Of a DNA stretch of 64,000 nucleotides, positions 44,960-56,030 are shown one piece after another. Position 1 is the stretch's first letter, and the number at the start of each line of letters is the position of its first letter. Origin of the DNA: Craspedostauros australis (Eukaryota); NCBI GenBank assembly GCA_030167865.1, contig JALAGF010006529.1, positions 1-64,000 of the forward strand, read 5' to 3'. Made by a program: the position numbers and the translations under genes. Below the pieces are notes generated by a model. The model saw only the letters and a program-made list of their open reading frames with translations. It did not search any database and was not told where the DNA came from.

Positions 44960-46176
44960 TTCGATCCATCCACCGTCGCGTCCCATCATGCTCGTGTCGC
45001 TTCCTCCGGTTCCTTTCGGATCGTTGATGCTGACTACTGCGCGCCACGAATATTCGACAGGAATCACCTCTGGCTTGAGTGGACGCCTGGCCAGCAAAAT
45101 TACTCGGTCGTTGTACTTGGATTGGATTGGCTTGGCTTGGGTTGGGTAGCATTCGCTCAATGGGCTTCGAAGGCCCTGCACTCACAGCGTCCAAGATCAT
45201 CAGAATCCTGAATTTGGGGATGGCGATGAATACGATGATGACGGCAACCACGATGACAATGAGGACAGCGAGGACAGTTATGACAGTGATGAGAATAACT
45301 ACGACAACCTGCAGCCGAGGGGTTCGAATGGATGCTCCGATTGCGGAGCCGATGAAGTAGCCGCTGCAAACGCACCGTGGTTTGTGCACTCTTTTGCGCA
45401 ACTGTCAGAGCACAGCGTCAGAACCACCTGCTCTGCTGCGTTCCGCAATTGGGTTCAGAACTGCAACGGTTCCAGCTGAAGCTCCAAGTTCATCAAGCAT
45501 CGTTCGTCCACCACTGGCGCAAACCATCTTCCTCGAATGTAATAGAAATAGCATAGTCTATGATGTCATACCAATAGCCAATCAAAACTCATCATCATGA
45601 TCGTCGCACAGCTCGCTCAACAAGCACTTGAAATGAATCGCACACTCGCGATGTCACAACATGTCAAGACGAATACATGAACAATGAGGGGTGCGTGTTG
45701 GACTGCGCCCATTTACGAACGCAACATGTATAGTACATGCTCGTCGCAGACAGCACGCAGTGCACAAATCAACCATTCGACAGAAAGCGAGGCACACGAT
45801 GACAAAGATGCTTGCCCATGTAGTGTATTATACTACTATAATATTTGTAGTGCACCTGTTTCCATTCATCCTTGTGTTCTCCTTGTTGCGCTGAGGTCCA
45901 ACTGCTTTCGTTCATCTGACCTGGATTGGACTTAAGATCGTTAAAGTACCATCCCGTCCTATGCTGTGCTGCTGTATTGTATTCGCACGTGAGAGTAGGG
46001 TGGGGGCGAATGCTATCAAGTACACTCAGAGTCGAGTATTCGTCTCGCGTACTCGTGCAGTTGTGTGAATGCTGCGCTGACGCGCATCCGCTCACTCTTG
46101 TCTGCGTGTCCCACATCGTGTGAATGCGGTGGAGTCGCTGACCGTTCGCCTGCATGGAGGATGGTGATCATGATGT

Positions 46177-47994
46177 TTAATCCTTGCTCTTTTTCTTCTT
46201 GTTTGGACGGTATTCTGCAATGACCACGGCGTGATCTCTCTCATACGGTTCTAATGTGAGCTGTTCCAGTGGCTTGAAGTTCTCTGACTGCAGCTTGCTG
46301 ACTTCTCTTCTGAAGACGGCCTCGGGCGCCGCCGTCGAGTCGATACAGCTAGCCTTGATAGCGATGACCGCGTGTCCCCCGTTGCGCAGGAAGTGATGCG
46401 AGTTGAGCGCGACGATACGCGCCTGATCGGGCTGCGCGACATCGGCAAAGACAGTGTCGACCATGCCGATGAGCATTCTGTATTTGAGGGGATGTCTGGC
46501 ATCCTCGATGATGGGGATGATGTTCGTTCTCATCTTGGCCACGCCAAGCAGGTCGCGACCCGGTCTGTGCGAGAATTCGACCGCGTAGACGGCGCCCTTT
46601 GGTCCGACGATGTCGGAAACGTGGGACACCGAGGTTCCAGCAGCCGCACCGATGTAGAGGACCTTGGATCCTGGCTTGATCCAGATGTTATCAACACCAC
46701 CGAGCACGGCGGCAGCGACTGTACCATGGTGGTTTGATTGGTGGAGAATGGTAATTGCGAATGTCATCGGATGCAATGGCAATAGATGATCACAATGAAG
46801 TTAGCATGATGCCACGAGCATGATTTCACATGGACGAACGCAGCGTTGCAATCCAACGACCATCGAATCGAGGCAACGCAGTGGTGACACCATGATGATA
46901 CTAATGATGTGTAGTGGATTGGTGTCATAGAGTAGAGCAGAATACAGTGCTCCATTGAGTTTCATAACACCTGAACACCATGTCATCATCAATCAGGTGA
47001 CGGCCTCTGTCATCATTGCAGACATTGGCAATGACATTGACATTGTGCAAGCACAAACATCGTGGGCAAATGAGGCGATGGCAATGGCGCAGTGCGACGC
47101 TAGGCAACACTCACTCTTGGATCGGAAAGGATTCCAGACACGGTATTCCACTTTTGGTGCAACCTCGCCTGGCGTGACGACTGGTCCATCGACGCTGATG
47201 CGCTTCTCGCCATAGACTGCAACTCCGGGGGTGGTGTTGAGCGTGACCAAGGCATCCTCCTTTCCACGGGCAACGAAAATTCCCTGATGGCGATGCGGCT
47301 CGACGATGACCTTGGTGCCACCCTTCATGCCGCCGCGTCCTCCTCTTCCGCCACCACGGCCACCTCCACGGCCAAATCCACCTCCGCGTCCCCCGCGGCC
47401 ACCTCGACCGCCGCCTCTTCCACCACCGCGACCACCAAATCCGCCACGGCCGCCTCCGAATCCACCTCCGCGCCCACCGCGGCCTCCACGACCTCCGCCA
47501 CTGCAGTTGTAGCGATCGTGAATTGCATCAACGCACATTGAATGGGAGCGTATCGAATGGGAGAGACAAAAATACGTAATTGGAAGCAAAAGCGATGCCG
47601 GACAACGTTCAAGTGAGTTGATAGCCACCACAATCACAGTTCAATCTCATGTGCAGTATGGTGCTGTTTTGCCATGTCATGTCACACCGTGGCCTGCTGG
47701 ATCATCTCCTGCCGTTTGATGCAACCGGTTTCGATTGGATGCCTCAATGGGAATGGATTCATGACGGGAGACAGAAGCAGGGTTGATCCAGCCAGTATGG
47801 CAGTATGAATCCAGCTGAACTGGACTGATAGATGTACGATTGAGAATACATGCCGTGCCGTGACATTCCATGACATTCCATGCCACGACATGACATCAGA
47901 TGGCCTCCTCCGCACTGATTTGCACTGACCGTCCGAATCCTCCACGGCCGCCACCGCCACCGCGACCGCGTCCTCCTCTGCCTCTTCCGCTCAT
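46177..47994 (-). CDS. FBL: Fibrillarin (rRNA 2'-O-methyltransferase), 3 exons, 330 aa
   Basis: Exons 47994-47930, 47500-47115 and 46718-46177, phases consistent. GAR domain, [56 protein letters not shown]. Confidence 0.97.
46955..47022 (-). ncRNA. Candidate intronic box C/D snoRNA in fibrillarin intron 2
   Basis: Sense-strand order: ATGATGA (47016-47010), 13 nt, CTGA (46996-46993), ATGATGA (46989-46983), 17 nt, ATGA (46965-46962). The terminal D box is non-canonical. Confidence 0.4.
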
Positions 47995-48752
47995 TGTTGG
48001 TTTTTGATGTTTGTCGGTGGTTGTCCTTCTGGCTTCAATCGATCTGTCTGCTGTTATGCGAGTACGAGCGTGCTTGTGTGGATACCTTCCAGCAGAGATG
48101 CGCCTGTGCTTGCGTTTGTGATTGCGCTGTCCTCAGTGCACTGATATCACGAGTATACTCAATGACAACGATCCGCTTTGATGCAAGTCAATCTGCAGCA
48201 GCTCCTTCCGATGATTTCTGAGAAGTCTGTTGATGTGCTGTGTTGCCAACTTGTTGGGATGCTGAGATGGTGGATCAGCTGCTTGGTTGGTTGGTTGGTT
48301 GGTTGGCTGGCCGACTTGTTGCCTCCTGTTGTGCCGATCCATGTCTCTGCGCCGCCATCAACCAGCCAAGCGAGACAGCGATCAAGGAGGCAATCATGGT
48401 CAATCCAGACAACAAATCGAGAACAGATCGCCATCATTTTGCTTGGTTGGTCGTTGATCGAGCCCTCGAGATTTTGGATGGGAATCGACGCACGACACAC
48501 GGACGCTGGATCCCGGCGAAATCCACGTTTCCGACACGTTCGACCACGACCAAACACATGATGTGGGATTGGATTCTGTGCGAAACTCGCCTGGCTCAGT
48601 TTTCGTAGAGGCATCGTGATGGCTCACCACGATGGCTCGCAATACCAACGAAAGCCAATCGCCTCCTTTCCGACGCCGTCTTATCGCCTTTCTTGAACAG
48701 AGACAGCACTCAAGTGGCCGTGTAGAGAGTACAGAGTAGAGAGTCGAGCAGT

Positions 48753-49661
48753 ATGGTTGCGAAAGCCATCATCATCACCATAATGACGATGATCATCGCG
48801 CTGATGTGCTCTACTGGCGTCGACGCTTGGGCGGCATCAATCCGCGCTACCAATACAAATGCTGCAACAGATGCAACAGATGCAACAGGCGCGATACACG
48901 CGTTGGATGTCAGAGGCATCAGGGAGGTCAAGGGCGCGGGTGGAGATATTGCCAAGATGCAGAGAAGGCAGTTCTTGACCAGCGTGGCTGCTTCGGCTGC
49001 CGGATGCTGCCTGCTGATGCCCCAGCCAAGCTCTGCGGCCACAGCGACGTCAGCGGCGGAAGCCATTCGAAGATCGGCGGCCAGCCTCCCCAATTACGGC
49101 CAGACGGACGTCTTCTACCCCAGCTCGGTCGTCGGATCCTGGAGGGCCACGCGCCAGGTTGAGTTCGCCGCCAGCGGAAAGTCCTTCGTGCTCCACTACC
49201 CCTTCCGTTTCATCCAATCCATTGAGGACAACGCCGTCGTGGCCGATCGCGGCATCAACCAGCTGGAGCTCGAGCAGGCCCTCATCCGGACCGTCACGGG
49301 ACGTCCCGACGAGCAGCCGGTGCGGTCCTCCACCTGGGAGGTCACCAACCCCAACGATCTCAAGCTCGTCCTCTCCGATGGCTCCATCAAGGACATCAAG
49401 GTCACAAAGCGGGCCACAGAGAAGACGGACGTCACCGTCTCGTCCTCCGAGTTCCAGCGCATCACGCAGGAGAGTGCGGCGCGTGGCATTCCCACCATCT
49501 CGGCGCGTCGCATCGTCACCAAATGGAAGATCCTCGATGACAGCACGATGGAGGGTTTGGAGATCGTCTACGATGTGGGAGGTGGCGATCCTCTGGCGGG
49601 AGCGCAGATATCCTCGCAGCCGACGGTGCTTTCCAAGTCCAGAATATCGCTCACCAGATGA
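48753..49661 (+). CDS. Hypothetical thylakoid-lumen-type protein (resembles DUF6816)
   Basis: 302 aa. Signal peptide ...GVDA-W, then Tat-like QRRQFLTSVAASAAGCCLLMPQPSSA. Motifs DVFYPSSVVGSW, VVADRGIN, NPN. Confidence 0.8.
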   Translation: MVAKAIIITIMTMIIALMCSTGVDAWAASIRATNTNAATDATDATGAIHALDVRGIREVKGAGGDIAKMQRRQFLTSVAASAAGCCLLMPQPSSAATATSAAEAIRRSAASLPNYGQTDVFYPSSVVGSWRATRQVEFAASGKSFVLHYPFRFIQSIEDNAVVADRGINQLELEQALIRTVTGRPDEQPVRSSTWEVTNPNDLKLVLSDGSIKDIKVTKRATEKTDVTVSSSEFQRITQESAARGIPTISARRIVTKWKILDDSTMEGLEIVYDVGGGDPLAGAQISSQPTVLSKSRISLTR

Positions 49662-50129
49662 CAGCGGATCAGCTCTTTACAAGCATTCGCACGAGTACGT
49701 CCTGGGAATGGGACTCTGCATGAGTACGGTTTTGACGTTCGAATATCTCAGAACTCTCGAGGAGTGAGAGGCATGATCGAGAACATATTCCGGATCAAAC
49801 AGAGTGGGTTTGAGCGTCGCATGTGATGATCGAAGAGGTTATGTGTCCCCGTACCCTCCTCGCGCCTCATCATGTCTTCCTCTGGAACATCAGATGACAC
49901 GCATTATACGAGTGCTCTCTGTTGTTGTTTTTACCCAAGCAAAAAGAAGGTTCCTCGATTGAGTTACTGTCAATGTCTGCAAAAGTACAGATACTGCGAC
50001 ACTCGAGACTTCTCTATGCCAATGGCGCAAACTAATAAATTATGGTAGAGTGATCGAATAAAATGGAACACTCGATGATAGTCCAAGAGGCAAGTAGTGA
50101 TAGTACTACTCTGTACAGCTGCACCTGCT

Positions 50130-53051
50130 TCAATCGTCAAAGAGATCGTGGTGGTCCGGATCCGACAAGGACCCGTTGGAGGACATGCCCACCGGAACTG
50201 CCACCTTCGTCGTCGATTTCAGGTCTGGCAGATCCACCAGATCGGGATCCCTTGTGAACCGTTCCGGAATATCGTGATCGGCCTGCAACGGCAGCTCGTC
50301 GATGAAAGATTCTACCGACGCCTCAGAGCCAGACGTCATGCGCCTCAGCTTGCCGGATGATAGGCGGCGCAGCTCAACGTCGCCAAGGCTGCTGTTGGCG
50401 GGGCTGGACATGGGGACGGGCGAAGCACCACGCTGTCCGCCGTTTCCATTTAAGCTGGGCAATCCGAGCCCGTGTTGTAGCTGGTTGCTCAGCACTGCCA
50501 TTCCGTGGTCGGAGTGCCCATCCTCAAATCGGCTGATGGGGGACACCGTTGTCCTCCTACCGCCCATGCTCAGCGGGATCGCGTCTTCGCCGAATTGGAA
50601 CAGGATCTTCTCCTCGTCTTCGAACATGTCTTCGCTCTCGTCCCCTTCCGCGCTTTTCGGCTGAAAGTACCAGCGCTGGTACCTCCAAAGCGTCTGGTTG
50701 ATGCGGCATCCCATCTGCTGCAGGAGAATCACAAAGCCCAGGAGGACGGCTCCAAGCACGAACAGCGCTAGCACCCAGTCCACGGCATCCACCGTCCCGA
50801 CCGCATCCTTGTGGCTCTTCGATGGACCGAATTTCTGCTCCACCTGCACGACGTCGATGAATGGGGACGTCAGATTGAGCCTGTAGTAATCGTTGCCATT
50901 CTTGTACAGGAAGCCGATGGAGGATATGCTGCCATTCTGACCAATCTCTGACAGCTGGTACTTTGATTCTGAGAAGCAGGTGGCCACGATGGAAGCCATA
51001 GTCTTCCCATCACCACCCAGCAGCCCTTCCATGGCGGCTTGCGCTGCGACTTCTCGAGCGGCGTCGGCAGCTGCCAGTGCAGCATCCGCTGTTTTCATCT
51101 CTCCCTCCGTGTGTGCCGATTGCTTGGCCTCCTGGGCATTAATCTCTGCCTCGTCTGCCTTCTCATGAGCTTTCTTGACACGCTGTCCGCTAGTGGTGCC
51201 ATCCTTGCCTTCTGATGGAGCTGGCGACGGTGCCGCGCTCGACTTCGGAGGCTCGTCTTCATCCTCATCGGTATCCATATCTATATTCACGTTTGCGTCT
51301 GAGTCCGCGTTTTCATTTGCATCCTCGTTTGTTTTTTGGCCCAAGTCTTCATCATTGTCGATGCTGGTGTCAAGATTGCTGTTGATGCCAACGTCTGTAT
51401 CAGGATCATTTCCATCGAGATCATTGCCATTGTCACCGCTAGCATGCTTCCTGTTCTCACCGTCTGCGTCCCCTCGAATGCTGCTCTCACCATCGTCGCC
51501 ATCTCCATCACCAATGTCAGGACTATTTGCTTCGCTGGGTTCGTCAAGACTTTTATTGCTGTTGCTGGATTGATCGTTGCCAAGTTCCGCCTGCTCCATG
51601 CCATCTTTCTGGGAGATCCGGTGTGACGAAGTTGGAATGTCAGAATTGTCCTTCGTTTGGATGGTGATGCCTCCAGCCTCATCCAGATGCCGACGCCACC
51701 TTCTCTGACGATACCGGCCTCCTCCATCTCCTTGTGCTGGATTGTCCACAGCATTGTCAATGTTGCTTGGTGAGTTAGTGGGAATCGCCGGTTCGCCAGT
51801 GCCTTGCTCATTGCCATCATTTTGGTCATCATTCACATTCTGATTCTGATTGGTGCTACCATCACTGCCAGCATTGGGCATGGCTGATGGTAGCGACGAT
51901 CGTGACGACGACGACGGCGTTGAGGATGATGAGTGTGGAGATTGCGTCGGTGCAATGGCAGCAGGAGAGATGGGCGAAGAGGTTGGTGATCCAACTTGCT
52001 GCGATTGCAGCTGGGTCGGCGTTGCTGTTGGTGCCAGGAGCATGGAAGGGTGGGTCGGCATTGTGGTAGGAAACAGTGACGGGTGCTGCGACGGTACGAC
52101 AGTCGGCTGCGGCGAGAGTGTAGGTGTCGTGGTCGGGTTGTAGCGTGAGTAATCTCCGGTTGCGATTGCATCTACACATTGGTACAGGTGCTCATAGAAA
52201 TAGGCGGCATCCTGCGTGACCTTGGGTTCATGCGGGACCTTGGTGATGCTGTTGACCCACAATCTTGTCTCGTACGTCGGCGGGTTGAGTATGGGTTCCA
52301 CCTCGACGCCGAGATCGGAAAGGTGCCTCCACATGTAATGCGTGAAGTCCGAGCTGGACGACGGTGCCATCCTCCTCCTGCCATTGCTCGCCGAATAGAC
52401 TGCGAAGGGTTGGTACCGACGCTTGCCGACCGTGTATTCCAACGCCTCCATGAGGATCTTGTTGAGCACCGTCCCGGTCATGCTCGCCATGTAGTACGCG
52501 CCCTTGTACTTGCTGGAGGAGATCTGCGTCGTGTAGTAGACGGTTCCGATGTTCTCCCACGACACGCGAGGTATCTGATCGTCGAGTTGGACGTAGGGCA
52601 TGGAGTCCTCCTCCAGTGTGGATCCAAGGCGTTGCGGCCCATACTCCAGCGTGATCTCCAGCGGTTCCTTGTCATGATTCGACGCGGCGCCCGGCGGTCT
52701 GTACCTGAAGCCCAGGGCCATCTTCTTGACCTTGATGGCCGAATTGGCAACTCCATGCAACGAAGTCTCGCGGATGAGGGTGTAGCATTCGACGACATCG
52801 CTGGCATCCAGGGTGTTGACGAGCAGCGGGATGGTGGCCTTTGTCAGTGCGCGCGGCATGTCGCTGGAAGGCGCAGATGACTGTCCTTCCTCGTTGTTCT
52901 GATGCTGACGCTGTTGCTGCGTGGCCTCCTTCTTCTTTGCTGCGCTGGAAGATTCATGAAAGGGTCCGGGGTTGCCGTGATCCGAAGTCCCCACTTCCAT
53001 GTGCCTTTCTATCTCCCTTTCTCTGGTCATCACGGTCGCCATGGTCGTCAT
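50130..53051 (-). CDS. Large hypothetical single-pass membrane protein with PT-rich and acidic low-complexity regions
   Basis: About 970 aa. Globular N-domain, PTTTPTLSPQPT mucin-like tract, D/N/E-rich region, TM WVLALFVLGAVLLGFVILL, conserved-looking tail RDPDLVDLPDLKSTTKVAVP. The 5' end is uncertain: the frame is open about 270 nt further upstream without an ATG. Confidence 0.8.
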   Translation of the reverse strand: MTTMATVMTREREIERHMEVGTSDHGNPGPFHESSSAAKKKEATQQQRQHQNNEEGQSSAPSSDMPRALTKATIPLLVNTLDASDVVECYTLIRETSLHGVANSAIKVKKMALGFRYRPPGAASNHDKEPLEITLEYGPQRLGSTLEEDSMPYVQLDDQIPRVSWENIGTVYYTTQISSSKYKGAYYMASMTGTVLNKILMEALEYTVGKRRYQPFAVYSASNGRRRMAPSSSSDFTHYMWRHLSDLGVEVEPILNPPTYETRLWVNSITKVPHEPKVTQDAAYFYEHLYQCVDAIATGDYSRYNPTTTPTLSPQPTVVPSQHPSLFPTTMPTHPSMLLAPTATPTQLQSQQVGSPTSSPISPAAIAPTQSPHSSSSTPSSSSRSSLPSAMPNAGSDGSTNQNQNVNDDQNDGNEQGTGEPAIPTNSPSNIDNAVDNPAQGDGGGRYRQRRWRRHLDEAGGITIQTKDNSDIPTSSHRISQKDGMEQAELGNDQSSNSNKSLDEPSEANSPDIGDGDGDDGESSIRGDADGENRKHASGDNGNDLDGNDPDTDVGINSNLDTSIDNDEDLGQKTNEDANENADSDANVNIDMDTDEDEDEPPKSSAAPSPAPSEGKDGTTSGQRVKKAHEKADEAEINAQEAKQSAHTEGEMKTADAALAAADAAREVAAQAAMEGLLGGDGKTMASIVATCFSESKYQLSEIGQNGSISSIGFLYKNGNDYYRLNLTSPFIDVVQVEQKFGPSKSHKDAVGTVDAVDWVLALFVLGAVLLGFVILLQQMGCRINQTLWRYQRWYFQPKSAEGDESEDMFEDEEKILFQFGEDAIPLSMGGRRTTVSPISRFEDGHSDHGMAVLSNQLQHGLGLPSLNGNGGQRGASPVPMSSPANSSLGDVELRRLSSGKLRRMTSGSEASVESFIDELPLQADHDIPERFTRDPDLVDLPDLKSTTKVAVPVGMSSNGSLSDPDHHDLFDD

Positions 53052-54116
53052 TGTTCGCACCTGAAAGTGCGTGCTCGAGATGGTTTCGCTGAGCTCTGAT
53101 GTGCTCTGATGTTCTCTGACGTATAATAGTATATCATGTAATGGATCGTTCTCTGGTGCGAGGCTATCGAAATGGCTGCGGATATCTGTACGAGTATGGT
53201 GTATGGCTGAGCAAGGAGAGCGTGAATAGCAACCACTCTGGAGAGGCGCAATGGCGATACGCAGTAGCTGTGCTGGTCTGATGACCTTGCTCCTCGCAGG
53301 CAGTTGGTGCGCCTTTCTCGTATTATATTATACTCGGATACACTCGTATGCAGAGCAGAGTATAGTGGGGCACCGTTCTTGGATGGTTGGCTTGATCAGT
53401 AGTATCACTTTGCAAGGATGCGGATGTTCGCAGGCGACAACTGCAGCATCCCAGGCTGGTCTCTGCGTACCAATGCTATAGAATGCTATTGCTAGTTGGC
53501 TGTGGTGTGTGGTGTGTAGTATGGAACGCGTTGCAATTCGTTTCGATCGGTTGCTTTGGACGACGAGTTGCTCATACGATAGTGTTGGTATTGTTGATGT
53601 CGCTATTGCTCATTGTCCATGTTTTGCCTCCGCTCTCTTGTGTTGTTTCTTCCTTTGATCCGTTCACCGTTGGTTGTTGTTGTTGTTGGTGGTGGTGGTG
53701 GTGGGACAAAGCCACACAAAGAGAGGCACAGAGAGAGAGCAAAGCAAAGACGATTTGTGACATTTTGCTGTCCGAAGCGGCGCATTGGTCGAATTATTCG
53801 ACATCTTCGACGAAAAATGCCAATTATTTTGGTTTTTTGTTCTGTTCTGTCTAGCTCTTAGACTATTCCGACGGACGACCAAGCAAAAGTGGAGAGTGGC
53901 TTGTGGAACATAATAATAGATCATACTCCACACTCGTGAGCGCAAGCACGCAAGTGGGCCCAACATGACTGGATGCGGCTCGTTCCAAGATTATTTGACG
54001 AACGCAATCAATGAGGAGTCGGGATCGGTACTCGAACATTCCACCTATTCTACACGTCGAGGGGCTGTGTAGACGGACGAAAGAGCACAGCAATTGGAAT
54101 TGCAACTGCCATTTCT

Positions 54117-55472
54117 CTATTTCTTAGCTGCGCTGACTGCCTCCGCTTCGAAGTCCTTGAGATCCTGCTGGAGGGTGTCGTAGGCCTGCTCGGCCTCCGG
54201 AAGCTGCTGCGAGAAGAAGAGCTTCTGGGCCTTGACGCTGTTGATGGCGTTTCCGCGCAGCTTGGTGGCCTGGGCGGCGATCTGCTTCTCCGTCTGCAAT
54301 GCGACGTTGCCGGCGAACTTCTCCCTCAGGATGACCCTCTCGTTCTTGTCCAGCAACCGGCACGTGTTGTCCGTCAGCTCGAAGTCCTTGTCGAAGTCGT
54401 ACCCGATCTTGGCCGCGGCGGCGCGCATGCGGGGCAGCAGGGATTGCGGCATGGCCGAATCCCTTGTGTAGACCACGACGCCGCCGTATCCATCCCACGC
54501 GTCGTTGGAGCCCCTGTAGTAGACGAAGGCGAAGGGTGGCACGCCGTCCTTGTTGTCATCGTACTCGTAATCCACGATGTACCAGTCGTCCTTGTAATGC
54601 AGGTACTCGTTGTCGTGGTTGACCAGGTGCGCCGGGTGCTCCGGATCCTGCACGAACTGCTGCAGGGCGTCGCGCGTGAAGAACTCACCATCCGGCTCCT
54701 CCACTCGCCAGTTGAGCTGTCCGTAGAAGCGTCCCGGCGAGGTCTCCGTGAAGAAGTGGACCTGGCATGGGAAGATGTCGAAGAGCTTGTTCTGCCCGGC
54801 GGTGATGTACCACTTGCCGTTCCAGAGCTTGGTGTCGAATTTCTGCACGAAGGTGTTGGGGTCGAGGTCGGGGTAGAGGCCCTCGTCGGCCTTCTGGGGC
54901 ACGCAGTTCATCTCGGACACGACGCACTTGTTGAATTCGCCGACGACCGCGTTGTCGAAGAGGTCTCCGCATTGGATCTGGCAGCCGATCTCGTCCTCCT
55001 TGCCGTTGCACGTGTTGATGCAAACCACGTTGGCCAGGCACTTGGGGTTCGCAATGCACTTGGCCAGCGGGATCTGGCACTTCTGGAACAGGCACTTGAC
55101 GATGGCACCGGAGTCAGCTGCCATGGCAGGGGCAGGATCGACGAACATGGTGCCAACGGAGATGCCCAATGCCAGGATGGTGGATTTGAGCACGTTCTGG
55201 GGCTTCAGGAGCTGCGCCAGGATCGATGATTCCTTTCCATCGTGTCCGTTGGCAGCTGATAATGATGTGGACGTGGACGTGGGCGTGGATGTGAGTGAGA
55301 GCAAAGCCTTCACATCAGCGGCGTTGAATGATGCTGATGTTGTAGCTGTTGATGGTGCGTGCGATGGGGTCTTTTGTGGCCACGCTCCCTTCTGGTTTGG
55401 AACGAATGCCGATGCCGACGTTGCCGACAATCCAACCAGGATGGCCGCTGTGGTGATGCCTCCGAATCTCAT
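54117..55472 (-). CDS. VDE: Violaxanthin de-epoxidase
   Basis: Presequence SASA-FVP and lumen signal ending PAMA. Cys-rich domain CIANPKCLANVVC...CQIQCGDLF, lipocalin GKWYITAGQNKLFDIFPCQVHFF, NHDNEYLHYKDDWY, YYRGSNDAWDGYGG. Confidence 0.96.
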   Translation of the reverse strand: MRFGGITTAAILVGLSATSASAFVPNQKGAWPQKTPSHAPSTATTSASFNAADVKALLSLTSTPTSTSTSLSAANGHDGKESSILAQLLKPQNVLKSTILALGISVGTMFVDPAPAMAADSGAIVKCLFQKCQIPLAKCIANPKCLANVVCINTCNGKEDEIGCQIQCGDLFDNAVVGEFNKCVVSEMNCVPQKADEGLYPDLDPNTFVQKFDTKLWNGKWYITAGQNKLFDIFPCQVHFFTETSPGRFYGQLNWRVEEPDGEFFTRDALQQFVQDPEHPAHLVNHDNEYLHYKDDWYIVDYEYDDNKDGVPPFAFVYYRGSNDAWDGYGGVVVYTRDSAMPQSLLPRMRAAAAKIGYDFDKDFELTDNTCRLLDKNERVILREKFAGNVALQTEKQIAAQATKLRGNAINSVKAQKLFFSQQLPEAEQAYDTLQQDLKDFEAEAVSAAKK

Positions 55473-56018
55473 CTTTTCTGTCTCCTCCAGCAAGTACTAA
55501 TTGGAATCGTCTGTTGGTGCTCTTCTTTTATGTTGGTTCTGATGATGGATCAACGCAATACATACAATGCAATGCAATACAATGCGATCTATGACAGAAG
55601 GATGTTACTTGCACAGTTCTTCGTCTTCGGGTATGGTGGGATAAGTTCTGAAGTATGGGCAAAGGCAAAGGTGAAGGTTGAGTCAAAGATCTTTGGACCA
55701 CGATTCTGGCTGAAGGCTTGACTCGTACGTCTCTGTCTTCCAAATGATCGCTGATGTGGTTGTGATTGTGATTGTGATTGCGGCTGCGGCTGCGGCTGCG
55801 ACTGCGACTGTGACGATTGTCGGCAACACCTCCCAAAGATGTCAGGAACTCTGCCTTCTTCGCGGATCCTGCAACATCACATCGGATTTCCTTTGGTTTG
55901 TTTTGGCTGATTTCTTTCGATTGCGTGCTTGATGCGTTTCCATCACATGATGACGTAGATGATGGAGAAGGCAGTGATGGACTCATTCGACCAAGATGAG
56001 TGTCTCATATTGGGCACT

Positions 56019-56030
56019 CATGACGTCATG
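56019..56030. promoter_or_regulatory. CRE-like palindrome CATGACGTCATG in the VDE/ZEP3 shared upstream region
   Basis: Perfect 12-bp palindrome; extra TGACGT at 55951-55956. Function is inferred from bZIP-site consensus. Confidence 0.45.
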
